Positions 20,655 through 29,304 of a DNA stretch of 64,000 nucleotides are shown piece after piece. This DNA comes from an uncultured Gemmatimonadales bacterium (GTDB lineage: Bacteria; Gemmatimonadota; Gemmatimonadetes; Longimicrobiales; RSA9). The translations under genes and the position numbers were made by a program. The stretch's first letter is position 1; each line of letters starts with the position of its first letter. Location: NCBI GenBank assembly GCA_963741945.1, contig CAVUKA010000002.1, positions 111,730-175,729 on the forward strand. The letters are read 5' to 3'. Below the pieces are notes generated by a model. It did not search any database, was not told the DNA's origin, and worked only from the letters and a program-made list of their open reading frames with translations.

Positions 20655-22511
20655 TCAGGGAACGCTGATGCTCTGCACCGTCGAGCACACGTCGGTGCCG
20701 CCGGCGTTGCACACCTGGTAGCTGGCCGTCCCCGTCCAGTTCTTCCCCAGCTTGTCCGAGTACGACCCGCTGTTGGACGTGGTGACGTACAGCGTCAGGT
20801 TGCTGGTGTTCAGGCCACGATAGATGTCCACGCTCGCCGCGCTCGAGCCGCTCCACGTCAGGTCAGCGAAGACGTTCGGGCCGTGCGAGGACGTGGAGAC
20901 AGACAGCGTGATCACGTCGCCGGACCCGCCGCCGGAGGTGACGGTCACGGCGTGGCTGACGGTGTCCGGCAGATTGCCGCCGTCCGTGACGGTGAGCGTT
21001 ACGGTGTACGTGCCGCCCGCGCTGAAGGTGTGGGACGGGGTCTGCGCCGTGGACGTGCTGTTGTCGCCGAAGTCCCAGCTCCACGCCACGATCGAGCCAT
21101 CATCCGTGCTCTGGTCCGTGAACTGGCAGGTCAGATCCGCGCAGCTCCAGGTGAACCCGGCCGTGGGCGGCTGGTTCGTGGTTCCGCCGCCATTTCCCGG
21201 GTCATTCGCCGGATCGAGCGTCGTGTTCATCACGGCCCGATACGTGTTGACGCGTCCGTTGCCGAAGTTCGTGTCATACCCGCTGGCGCCGAGGTCGTCG
21301 GCGGTTCCCAGGATGTGGGAGAGAAGCGACGACCCCGTGAGCCCGGTCTTCGACGCCACCACCGCCGCCGTCCCGGTCACCTGCGGCGCGGCCATGGACG
21401 TGCCCTGCAGGTAGGCGTAGCCGCCACCCATGTACGCGCTGTAGATCCCGCCGTCCTCGCTGGTGTTCGAGTACATCTCGCCGCCCGGCGCCGAGATGTC
21501 GAGCCCGGCACCCCAGTTCGAATAGTAGGAGAGCGCGTCCTGCCAGTTCGTGGCCGCCACGGAGATGGCCTTCGGATCGCACGCCGGGCAGGAGACCGTC
21601 CCGGTCCCGTCGTTCCCCGCGGACGCGATCACGAGCGCGTTCTTGCCTGTGGCGTACGCGATCGCCTCCTTCTCCGCCTGCGACTCGCTGGCGCCGCCCA
21701 GGCTCATGTTCATGGCCACCACGCCGTAGTCGGCGGCCGCGCGGATCGCGTTCACGATGGCGGTGGTCGGGCACCCCTGGGCGCCGCACACCCGCTGCAC
21801 GAACACCTTCACGTGCGGCCCCGCGCCGGAGACGCCCGCCACGCCCACGGTCCGGCCGACCATGGTGCCCGTGGTGTGCGTCCCGTGGCCGTCCTCGTCC
21901 GAGGGATCGTTGTCGCCGGAGTACCAGTCCTGGCCCTTGATCAGCTGTCCGGACAGGAACTCCGTGTGGTTGAAGTCGACGCCGGTGTCGATGCTCCCGA
22001 TGACGACGTCGCTCCCGCCACTGCCATAGTTCTCGATGTTGTCCTCGTCCGCGTCTGCCACCGACTCGTACCCGGACACCGGTTTGCCGTTGTTCCTGCC
22101 GCGGGTGTAGTAGAGCTGGAGCCCGCCCGGGTTGTAGAACGCCCAGAGGCGCGGATCGATGGTCGTGGTCTGGCGCAGGTAGTTCGGCTCCGCGTAGACG
22201 ACGCGGGCGTCCTGAGCCACGGCCCGGGCATTGGCATGCTCGGCACCCATGGCCCCCCGGAAGATCCTGAAGGCATCGTGATACCCGGCACGGCCCAGCT
22301 GGAGGCCGTGGGCGGCCGCCACAACGGCGGGATCCGCCCCGTCCTTCAGCTTCACGATCACCTCGCCGCCCACCACGCGGTCGCGACCGCTCTGCACGGA
22401 CGCCTGCGGGGCTACGGAGGCGAGGGGCGCCTGTGGTGCGGTCTGCGGCTGGGTGAGATCCTGACACGCTGCCGCACCGAGAGCGAGCAGCAGGACGAGT
22501 GAGCGACGCAT
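20655..22511 (-). CDS. S8 subtilisin-like serine protease lipoprotein with C-terminal PKD domain
   Basis: LGAAAC lipobox; SIDTGVD, HGTHTTG, GTSMAAP triad; WSWDFGD..PSHTF..GTYTVTLTVTD PKD motif. Confidence 0.93.
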   Translation of the reverse strand: MRRSLVLLLALGAAACQDLTQPQTAPQAPLASVAPQASVQSGRDRVVGGEVIVKLKDGADPAVVAAAHGLQLGRAGYHDAFRIFRGAMGAEHANARAVAQDARVVYAEPNYLRQTTTIDPRLWAFYNPGGLQLYYTRGRNNGKPVSGYESVADADEDNIENYGSGGSDVVIGSIDTGVDFNHTEFLSGQLIKGQDWYSGDNDPSDEDGHGTHTTGTMVGRTVGVAGVSGAGPHVKVFVQRVCGAQGCPTTAIVNAIRAAADYGVVAMNMSLGGASESQAEKEAIAYATGKNALVIASAGNDGTGTVSCPACDPKAISVAATNWQDALSYYSNWGAGLDISAPGGEMYSNTSEDGGIYSAYMGGGYAYLQGTSMAAPQVTGTAAVVASKTGLTGSSLLSHILGTADDLGASGYDTNFGNGRVNTYRAVMNTTLDPANDPGNGGGTTNQPPTAGFTWSCADLTCQFTDQSTDDGSIVAWSWDFGDNSTSTAQTPSHTFSAGGTYTVTLTVTDGGNLPDTVSHAVTVTSGGGSGDVITLSVSTSSHGPNVFADLTWSGSSAASVDIYRGLNTSNLTLYVTTSNSGSYSDKLGKNWTGTASYQVCNAGGTDVCSTVQSISVP

Positions 22512-22627
22512 CGGCGCACTCCTTGGTTGAGGGCTTCTTTTCTGCCGGCGGGTCGGGCGCGGCCATGGTGGCGAGCGCCCGCGGAGAGTCACCGGACCAC
22601 AGTGTCCGGAATTACGGCAGGCTCTCA

Positions 22628-22656
22628 AGGGTAAGAAGGACGGCGCCGCACATCAA
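22628..22656 (-). promoter_or_regulatory. Candidate sigma-70 promoter of the S8 protease gene
   Basis: TTGATG-N17-TACCCT on the minus strand. Confidence 0.45.
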
Positions 22657-22773
22657 GGATGTCTGACGACGGGGGCGATGGGGGATCACGGCCCGCCGCG
22701 CTTGACGGTGAACGCGGGAAGCGTGAGGTTTTGCGGGTTCCTTCCCCGGCCCCCTCCCCCTGCCCGGACGCAC

Positions 22774-24882
22774 ATGAAAACACGCCGCGCGCTCCCCGTG
22801 GCGACCTTCGGGTTCGCCCTCGTTCTCCTTTCATCCCCGGCCGTGTCGCAGCAGCTGCCCGGCTACACCCCGGCCGGCTCGGACCGGGAGCGGGCGCTCG
22901 AGACGGACGTCGTCGCGCGGCCGGATACCGCCGACGCGCGCACCCACTCCCGTGCGCTGAGCCGGGAGCCGCACGTGGCGGGAACGCCGGCGCAGGCCCG
23001 CACGCGCGACTACGTGATCAGCCGGATGAAGTCGTGGGGGCTGCGCACGTCCGTGCGCAGCTACAGCGTCTTCCTCCCGCACGCCACCGGCGTCCGGGCC
23101 TGGCGCGTGCGCCCCGACTCGCAGGAGCTGTCGCTCGCGGAGCCGGCCATCCCCGGCGACCCGGCGAGCGCCAGGCCCCAGTACCCGACGGTGAACGGGA
23201 GCAGCGCGGCGGGCGACGTGACCGCGCCGGTGGTCTACGTGAACTACGGTCTCATCGAGGACTACGCGCGGCTGGACTCCCTCGGCGTTTCGGTGGACGG
23301 GAAGATCGCGGTGGCGCGCTACGGCCGCTCCTTCCGGGGCATCAAGGCGCGGGAAGCGGAGAAGCATGGTGCCGCCGCGCTGTTCATCTACAGCGATCCC
23401 GCGGACGACGGCTACGCGCTTGGCGACGTCTACCCGGACGGTCCGATGCGGCCGTCGTTCGGCGTGCAGCGCGGGAGCGTCATGAACGTGGAGGGCGACC
23501 CGACCACGCCGGGCTATCCGAGCACCGCCGGCGCCGCGCGCGTGGACCCGACCCCGGTGGTGCCGCACATCCCCGTGGTGCCGGTCTCGTACGGCAACGC
23601 CGCGGAACTGCTCGAGGGACTGCGCGGCACCGACATCCCGCAGGACTGGCAGGGGGGACTCCCGTTCCGCTATCACGTCGGCCCCGGCCCGGTGGTGGCG
23701 CGGGTGCAGGTGACCACGGACGAGGACACGAAGCCGTACAAGGACATCTGGGACACGTTCGGGATCGTGCGCGGCAGCGAGTTCCCGGATGAGGTCGTGG
23801 TGGTCGGCGGCCACCGCGACGCGTGGGGGCCCGGCAGCGATGACAACGTGAGCGGCTCGGTCACCGTCCTGGAGATTGCCCGCGCGGTGGCGGAGCAGCT
23901 GAAGGAGGGGAAGCGGCCGAAGCGGACGCTGGTCTTCGCCACGTGGGACGCGGAGGAATGGGGGCTGGTGGGCTCCGTCGAGTACGTCGAGGAGGACTCG
24001 CTCCGGCTGCAGAAGGGGGGCGTCGCCTACCTCAACCAGGACATGATCGCTTCGGGTCCGCGCTTCCACGCCGGGGGCTCGCCATCGCTGCGGGCGGTGC
24101 TGCGCTCCGCGGCGCAGCGGGTGCCGGCCCCCGACTCCGCGGGGAGCCTGTGGGACGCCTGGCGCGCCGGGGCGAGCGTTGGCCCCGCGGAGATCCCGGA
24201 CATGGGCGACCCGGGCGGCGGCTCCGACTACGCCGGCTTCTACAACCACCTCGGAATCCCCATCCTCGACTGGGGCTTCGGCGGCCCGCAGGGGATCTAC
24301 CACTCGGCGTACGACGACACCGGATGGATGGAGCGCTTCGGCGACCCGGGATACCGCAACCACGTGGCCGCGGCCCGGCTCGGCGCCGCCATCGCGCTGC
24401 GCATCGCCAACGCCGACGTCCTCCCGTACGACTACGCCGAGTTCGCCACGACCATGCGCGGCTATCTGCCCGCGCTGGACAGCGCCTTCGCGAAGAGGGG
24501 GTGGGACCCGGACAGCGACACGCTCTCCGCCGCCATCGACCGGATGGAGTCGGCCGCCCGCGCGTTCGCGGCGGCCCGGGACTCGGTGCTGGCCGGGTCG
24601 TCGCCGGCGGCGAAGGTGCTCGAGCGGACCAACGCCGCGCTCCTGCGCGTCGAGCGCGCGCTCACTCGACCCGCCGGGCTGGTGGGCCGGCCCTGGCAGC
24701 GCAACCTCATCTACGTGGCCGACCTCGACAACGGTTACTCGAACATGGTGTTCCCGTCCGTCAACGAGGCGGTGCGGGCGAGCGACGAGGGGCGCGCGAA
24801 GCGGGAGATCGCGGACCTCTCGGCCCGCTTCGACCGGGCCACGACGGCGCTGAAGGACGCGCGGGCAGCGCTCATGCGGTGA
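22774..24882 (+). CDS. M28 family metallopeptidase (glutamate carboxypeptidase II-like; PA and TfR dimerisation domains)
   Basis: Signal peptide; PHVAGT, YVNYG, RGIK, VQRGSV, GGHRDAW, DNVSG, WDAEEWGL, GGGSD, YHSAYD. Confidence 0.92.
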   Translation: MKTRRALPVATFGFALVLLSSPAVSQQLPGYTPAGSDRERALETDVVARPDTADARTHSRALSREPHVAGTPAQARTRDYVISRMKSWGLRTSVRSYSVFLPHATGVRAWRVRPDSQELSLAEPAIPGDPASARPQYPTVNGSSAAGDVTAPVVYVNYGLIEDYARLDSLGVSVDGKIAVARYGRSFRGIKAREAEKHGAAALFIYSDPADDGYALGDVYPDGPMRPSFGVQRGSVMNVEGDPTTPGYPSTAGAARVDPTPVVPHIPVVPVSYGNAAELLEGLRGTDIPQDWQGGLPFRYHVGPGPVVARVQVTTDEDTKPYKDIWDTFGIVRGSEFPDEVVVVGGHRDAWGPGSDDNVSGSVTVLEIARAVAEQLKEGKRPKRTLVFATWDAEEWGLVGSVEYVEEDSLRLQKGGVAYLNQDMIASGPRFHAGGSPSLRAVLRSAAQRVPAPDSAGSLWDAWRAGASVGPAEIPDMGDPGGGSDYAGFYNHLGIPILDWGFGGPQGIYHSAYDDTGWMERFGDPGYRNHVAAARLGAAIALRIANADVLPYDYAEFATTMRGYLPALDSAFAKRGWDPDSDTLSAAIDRMESAARAFAAARDSVLAGSSPAAKVLERTNAALLRVERALTRPAGLVGRPWQRNLIYVADLDNGYSNMVFPSVNEAVRASDEGRAKREIADLSARFDRATTALKDARAALMR

Positions 24883-24920
24883 ACATCGCCGTGGCCGCGG
24901 CGCCGGCCGCAGGCTGACGC

Positions 24921-25289
24921 TCAGCCGCTCTGCATCTCCCGCACGATCCGGATCAGCTCCCGCTCCCGGGCGTGCGCGCACGGGAGATCGCACATCCCCA
25001 TGTCGTCCAGCGACCTGCAGTGCCCCGGGCACTGCTCCGTCCCCCGCAGCGAAGGCAGGCCGTCCGTATCCATCTCCGGCAGGAGGTGGCGGAGGCGGGC
25101 CGTACGAATCGAGACGGTGCTGCCGCAGCGGTGCTCGAACACGAGGAGATTGGCCTCGGGCACGGGCGCGTAGCCCTGGAACCCGAGCAGACGCACGTCC
25201 ACGTCGGTCACGAACGCCTCCCAGCTCGGCCACCGGGCGTGGCACGACCCGCAGCGGGCGAAATCCTGGTCCGTGGCAATGGCGCTCAT
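24921..25289 (-). CDS. Small cysteine-rich hypothetical protein (probably metal-binding)
   Basis: CGSC...W, FEHRCGST, CPGHC, CDLPC; TAGCTT box 5 nt before the ATG. Confidence 0.75.
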   Translation of the reverse strand: MSAIATDQDFARCGSCHARWPSWEAFVTDVDVRLLGFQGYAPVPEANLLVFEHRCGSTVSIRTARLRHLLPEMDTDGLPSLRGTEQCPGHCRSLDDMGMCDLPCAHARERELIRIVREMQSG

Positions 25290-25371
25290 GCCGGAAGCTA
25301 ACCCGCCGGCGGCGGCGAGGAAGTGGGGGCGGCAGCTCACCCCCGAACCCTCGATGCCCTCACTCAGCCCC

Positions 25372-25462
25372 CTCCGCGCGAAGCGCCGTTCCTCCGCGCT
25401 CTTCGCGCCTTCGCGTGAGACGCAGTTCCTTCGCGCCCTCCGCCGCCTTCGCGCCCTCCGCC
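25372..25462. repeat. Short 8-9-nt tandem repeats (CTYCGCGCC-like)
   Basis: About 8 copies of ctccgcg/cttcgcg-like units, including cttcgcgccttcgcgtgaga, directly after the iadA stop. Confidence 0.6.
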
Positions 25463-26641
25463 TCATTCGAACGTGCCGACCACCCTCGCCTCCCCCTCCT
25501 CCACGAACACGCGTCCGCGCGCGATGACCCACGACGGCTTGAGCCCGGAATCCAGGAGCACGAGGTCCGCGTCGGCGCCGACCGCGACCCGCCCCTTCCC
25601 GGTCAGACGCAGCAGCCGCGCGGGCGTGGCGGTGACGGGGAGGAGCGCCGTCTCCATCGGCAGCCCTTCCTCACGGACCGTGTCCCGCACTTCGCTCCAG
25701 AGCGACTCCGGCCGGCCGGAAGTGAGCGACACCAGCTCCCCCCGGGCATCGAACTGGGGGAGCGAGCCGCCGGCATCGGACGTGAACGTGATGTGATCCA
25801 GCGGGACGCCGGCGTCCAGGAGCTCGCGGAGCGCCCGGGACGGCTTCACCTCCTCGTCGGGGAACGCCGGCCACGCGGACGTGGTGATGTCCAGGGTGGC
25901 CTCTCGGCCGTAGGACCTGGCCGCTTCGAACACCGCGCGGCTCCGGTTCGCGTGCGTGGGGTGGAACTGGCGGTACGTGAGCTCGCTGGTGGCCACGGCG
26001 TCGCGGATCAGGCGGAACGGGTCCTCGGCGTCGCCCATGTGGAGGTGGACCAGGCCGCACTTCCCGCCGAGCATCCCGCCGAGGCGCACCGCCTTGGCCA
26101 GCACCACCAGGTCGTGGACGGTGGGGCTGGACGAGCGGTGGTCGGCGATGGCGATCTCCCCCGCCCCGATCACTTCCTCGATGAGCGCCAGGTCGCGCGT
26201 GATGTCGCCGGTTATGGTGGGCGTGGGGATGCGGTAGGCACCAGTCCAGATCCACGCGGAGATCCCTTCCGCCCGGAGCGCCTTCGCCCGCATCAGCACG
26301 CTCTCCACGTTGCGCGTGGCGCCGTCCGTCCCCAGCAGCCCGACGACGGTCGTCGTCCCGCCGGCCACGAGCCACGACAGCGGCACTTCCGGCGTTCGCG
26401 TGGCCGGGCCGCCCTCGCCGCCTGCCCCGGCAATGTGGACGTGGCCGTCGATCAGGCCCGGGATGACGGTGCGACCGCCCGCGTCCACTTCCCGGGCCCC
26501 GAGCGACGCCGGGATCGTCAGCTCCGGGGCCACCGCCACGATGCGGCCGCCCGCGCAGAGGATGTCGCGGCGCCCGAGCGGTTCCGGGGCGTAGACCTCC
26601 GCGTCACGGACGAGGAGCGGAGCGGGCGTGTGGCTGGTCAT
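25463..26641 (-). CDS. iadA: Isoaspartyl dipeptidase (beta-aspartyl peptidase, M38)
   Basis: PGLIDGHVHIAGAGGEGGPATRTPE, GTDGATR, GEIAIADHRSS, HLHMGD, PTHANR, TSDAGGSLP. Confidence 0.95.
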   Translation of the reverse strand: MTSHTPAPLLVRDAEVYAPEPLGRRDILCAGGRIVAVAPELTIPASLGAREVDAGGRTVIPGLIDGHVHIAGAGGEGGPATRTPEVPLSWLVAGGTTTVVGLLGTDGATRNVESVLMRAKALRAEGISAWIWTGAYRIPTPTITGDITRDLALIEEVIGAGEIAIADHRSSSPTVHDLVVLAKAVRLGGMLGGKCGLVHLHMGDAEDPFRLIRDAVATSELTYRQFHPTHANRSRAVFEAARSYGREATLDITTSAWPAFPDEEVKPSRALRELLDAGVPLDHITFTSDAGGSLPQFDARGELVSLTSGRPESLWSEVRDTVREEGLPMETALLPVTATPARLLRLTGKGRVAVGADADLVLLDSGLKPSWVIARGRVFVEEGEARVVGTFE

Positions 26642-26719
26642 GGGCGGACCTCGATGGAGTCGGTGGCGGCCGTCGCCGGCAGCGGTCGGTGCGTGAAGCG
26701 CATCGTGAGGTGCGGTGTC

Positions 26720-28246
26720 TCAGTGGTACCCGATGGCCACCGCGAACACCACGAACGCGGAAGCGGCGATGACCAGGGCGAGCAGGAACTTCCAGATGAA
26801 GCGGGCCCAGATCGCCCATTCGACCCGGGCCACGCCGAGCGTTCCGATGAGAGCGCCCGACGTGGGCACGATGATGTTGGTGAACCCATCGCCGAGCTGG
26901 AATGCGAGGACGGCCACCTGGCGGGTGACGCCGGCGAGGTCGGCGAGCGGGGCCATGAGCGGCATGGTGAGGGCCGCCTGCCCGGACCCGGAGACCACGA
27001 AGAAGTTGAAGATGGACTGGAACACCAGCATGAGCCACGCGGACGCGGCGGCCGGAAGGGTGGCGATCACGCTCGCTTCGTGCAGGAGCGTGTTGAGCAC
27101 GGACGGGACGGTGGGCGCATCGCCGCCCAGGACGAGGACGATCCCCTTGGCCATGCCCACGATGAGCGCCGCGTCCAGGATGTCGCGGGCACCCGTCCGG
27201 AATGCCCGGCCGATGTCGTTGACGCGCATGCCGTTGAGCCGGAAGAGCGCGCCGATGATCCCGGCCGCCACGCCCATGACGAAGAACTGAGTGGCGATTT
27301 CGGGGATGTAGTACTGCCGGGCGACCACGCCCCAGACCACCCAGACCACGGTGGCGAGGACGGTCAGGAGCACGAGCTTGTGCCCGAACGTGAACGCCGG
27401 ATCGAGCGCCCGCGCCTCCTCCACCTCCTTCGCCAGCGGGTTCGGGATGCCGAAGAGCGGCGAGCGCTCGGGCGTCTGGCGGACCCGCTGGGCGTACCAC
27501 CACGTCCAGCCGGTCCCGAAGAGGGTGAAGAACGCCCACATGGCCATGCGGAACGGCGCACCGGACATCACGGGCACTTCCGCCACGCCCTGGGCGATGG
27601 CCACGCTGAACGGGTTCATCCACGACGTGGCGAACCCGATCTGCGTGGCGACGTAGGTGATGAGCACCCCCACGATGGCGTCGTAGCCGAGGGCGAGGAC
27701 GAGCGGCACCAGGATCATGGCGAACGCGATCGCTTCCTCGCCCATCCCGAAGACGGCGCCGCCCACCGAGAAGAGCACGAACATCACGGGAACGATGAGC
27801 GCTTCCGCGCCGGCCGTCCTCTTGATGACCGCCAGGATGCCGGCCTCGATGGCGCCCGTCCGCAGCACGATCCCGAACGCGCCACCGATGACCAGGATGA
27901 AGGCGACGACGCCGATGGCCGCCCCGAACTTGTTCCCGGAGACCAGCCCTTCGAACGCGTAATTGAAAACGCCGACGCCCCCGCCCGGGGCGAAGGCCGG
28001 CACACCGCGCCGCACCGGCTCGCCCGCGGCGTTGCGCAGCAGCTCGAAGCTGCCGGGCACCAGCACCTCCCGCTCCTGGGCCGCGCCGGCCGCGTCGATG
28101 AAGTGGACGGTGGTGGTCTCGAACGATCCCGCCGGCACCACGTACGTCAGCAGCGCCGCGAACAGGATGACGAAGAAGATGATGACGTACGTGTCCGGCG
28201 CCTGGAACCGCGGCCGCCCCGGCTCCCGCGCCGCCGCTGCTGTCAT
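26720..28246 (-). CDS. yfcC: YfcC family putative basic amino acid/dipeptide antiporter
   Basis: PDTYVIIFFV, GMGEEAIAF, TQIGFATSWMNPF, SGSGQAALTMP, AFQLGDG; ~12 TMs. Confidence 0.9.
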   Translation of the reverse strand: MTAAAAREPGRPRFQAPDTYVIIFFVILFAALLTYVVPAGSFETTTVHFIDAAGAAQEREVLVPGSFELLRNAAGEPVRRGVPAFAPGGGVGVFNYAFEGLVSGNKFGAAIGVVAFILVIGGAFGIVLRTGAIEAGILAVIKRTAGAEALIVPVMFVLFSVGGAVFGMGEEAIAFAMILVPLVLALGYDAIVGVLITYVATQIGFATSWMNPFSVAIAQGVAEVPVMSGAPFRMAMWAFFTLFGTGWTWWYAQRVRQTPERSPLFGIPNPLAKEVEEARALDPAFTFGHKLVLLTVLATVVWVVWGVVARQYYIPEIATQFFVMGVAAGIIGALFRLNGMRVNDIGRAFRTGARDILDAALIVGMAKGIVLVLGGDAPTVPSVLNTLLHEASVIATLPAAASAWLMLVFQSIFNFFVVSGSGQAALTMPLMAPLADLAGVTRQVAVLAFQLGDGFTNIIVPTSGALIGTLGVARVEWAIWARFIWKFLLALVIAASAFVVFAVAIGYH

Positions 28247-28250
28247 GGCG

Positions 28251-29150
28251 CTACTCCTCGATCACGCGCCGGCGCGCGAGGTCGTAGCGCTGGCCGCTCC
28301 CGAGCAGGTGGAGCTTCAGCCCGTGGCCGACCAGGTCGCCGTCGTCGTCCACCCCGATGCCCGTGGCTTCCGACGCGTCGATCACCATGACGGTGTTGTC
28401 CCCGAAAACCTCGAACTCGGCCGGGCCGGACGTGATGACGGCGGTGGCCTCGTCGATCCCCACGCCCACCAGCTCCGGGTGCTCCAGCACCAGGGAGATC
28501 AGGCGGTTCTCCCGCTGGCGCGCGATGAAGTGCTGGTCGATGATCGCGCGCGTGACGAAGCCGAAGCCCGGGGCCGTGACGACGTTGCCCCGCTCGATGG
28601 TCGTGAACGGGTACTCCGCGTCCGGGTGCAGCGCCTCGTCGCCCGTGACCATGATCTCGCTCATCACCGCGGCGCCGGCGCTCGTGCCCGCCAGCACACC
28701 GCCCTTCCGGTAGATCTCCCGCGCACGGTCCAGGACGCGCGTGCCGAGCATGTGGCGGGTGAGCCGGTTCTGGTCGCCCCCGGAGAAGAAGATACCGGTG
28801 GCCCCGTCCAGCGCGGCCACGGTGGCGTCATCATTGGCCGTGACGCTGTCGAACTGGACGAAGCTCACGGCCGGGCAGCCCGCGTCCCGGAGCTGCTGGC
28901 TCTGGTACTCCGCCACGTCCACCGGCTCCGCGCTCGCCATGGGGATCACCACCATGCGGCAGGCGTCGCCGCCCGCCAGCTCCACGATCTTCTCCATGAG
29001 GTAGGCGGGGCGGTCGCCGCCGCCGATGATCACCAGGTGGCCGGGACCCGCTGGCGGGGTGAAGCCGGCCGCTGGCGGGGTGAAGCCGGCCAGCAGGAAG
29101 GCGCCGAGCAGAAGGGCTGCCGGGCGCGCGCGCGCGACGTGACGATGCAT
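28251..29150 (-). CDS. cphB: Cyanophycinase (S51) with predicted signal peptide
   Basis: HLVIIGGG, IPMAS, IFFSGGDQNRL, GTSAGAA, IDQHFIARQRENRL, GIDEAT; N-terminal MHRHVARARPAALLLGAFLLAG. Confidence 0.88.
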   Translation of the reverse strand: MHRHVARARPAALLLGAFLLAGFTPPAAGFTPPAGPGHLVIIGGGDRPAYLMEKIVELAGGDACRMVVIPMASAEPVDVAEYQSQQLRDAGCPAVSFVQFDSVTANDDATVAALDGATGIFFSGGDQNRLTRHMLGTRVLDRAREIYRKGGVLAGTSAGAAVMSEIMVTGDEALHPDAEYPFTTIERGNVVTAPGFGFVTRAIIDQHFIARQRENRLISLVLEHPELVGVGIDEATAVITSGPAEFEVFGDNTVMVIDASEATGIGVDDDGDLVGHGLKLHLLGSGQRYDLARRRVIEE

Positions 29151-29304
29151 GGCTCCGTATCCGTTCGTTGATGTCCCGGCCGGGGGCCCGGCGGGCTGCG
29201 CGCCCGCGGACCGTCCACCAGGTCGATTTGCCGCACCCGCCCGGGAGCGGGACGGCCCGGTCAGACCGCAGTCTACGCGGTGGAGCGCGCGCACGCACGC
29301 ACGA

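Noticed and set aside
25239-25253. CGSCH resembling a c-type heme motif
   Set aside because: No export signal, and the additional Cys clusters favour Zn or Fe-S binding.
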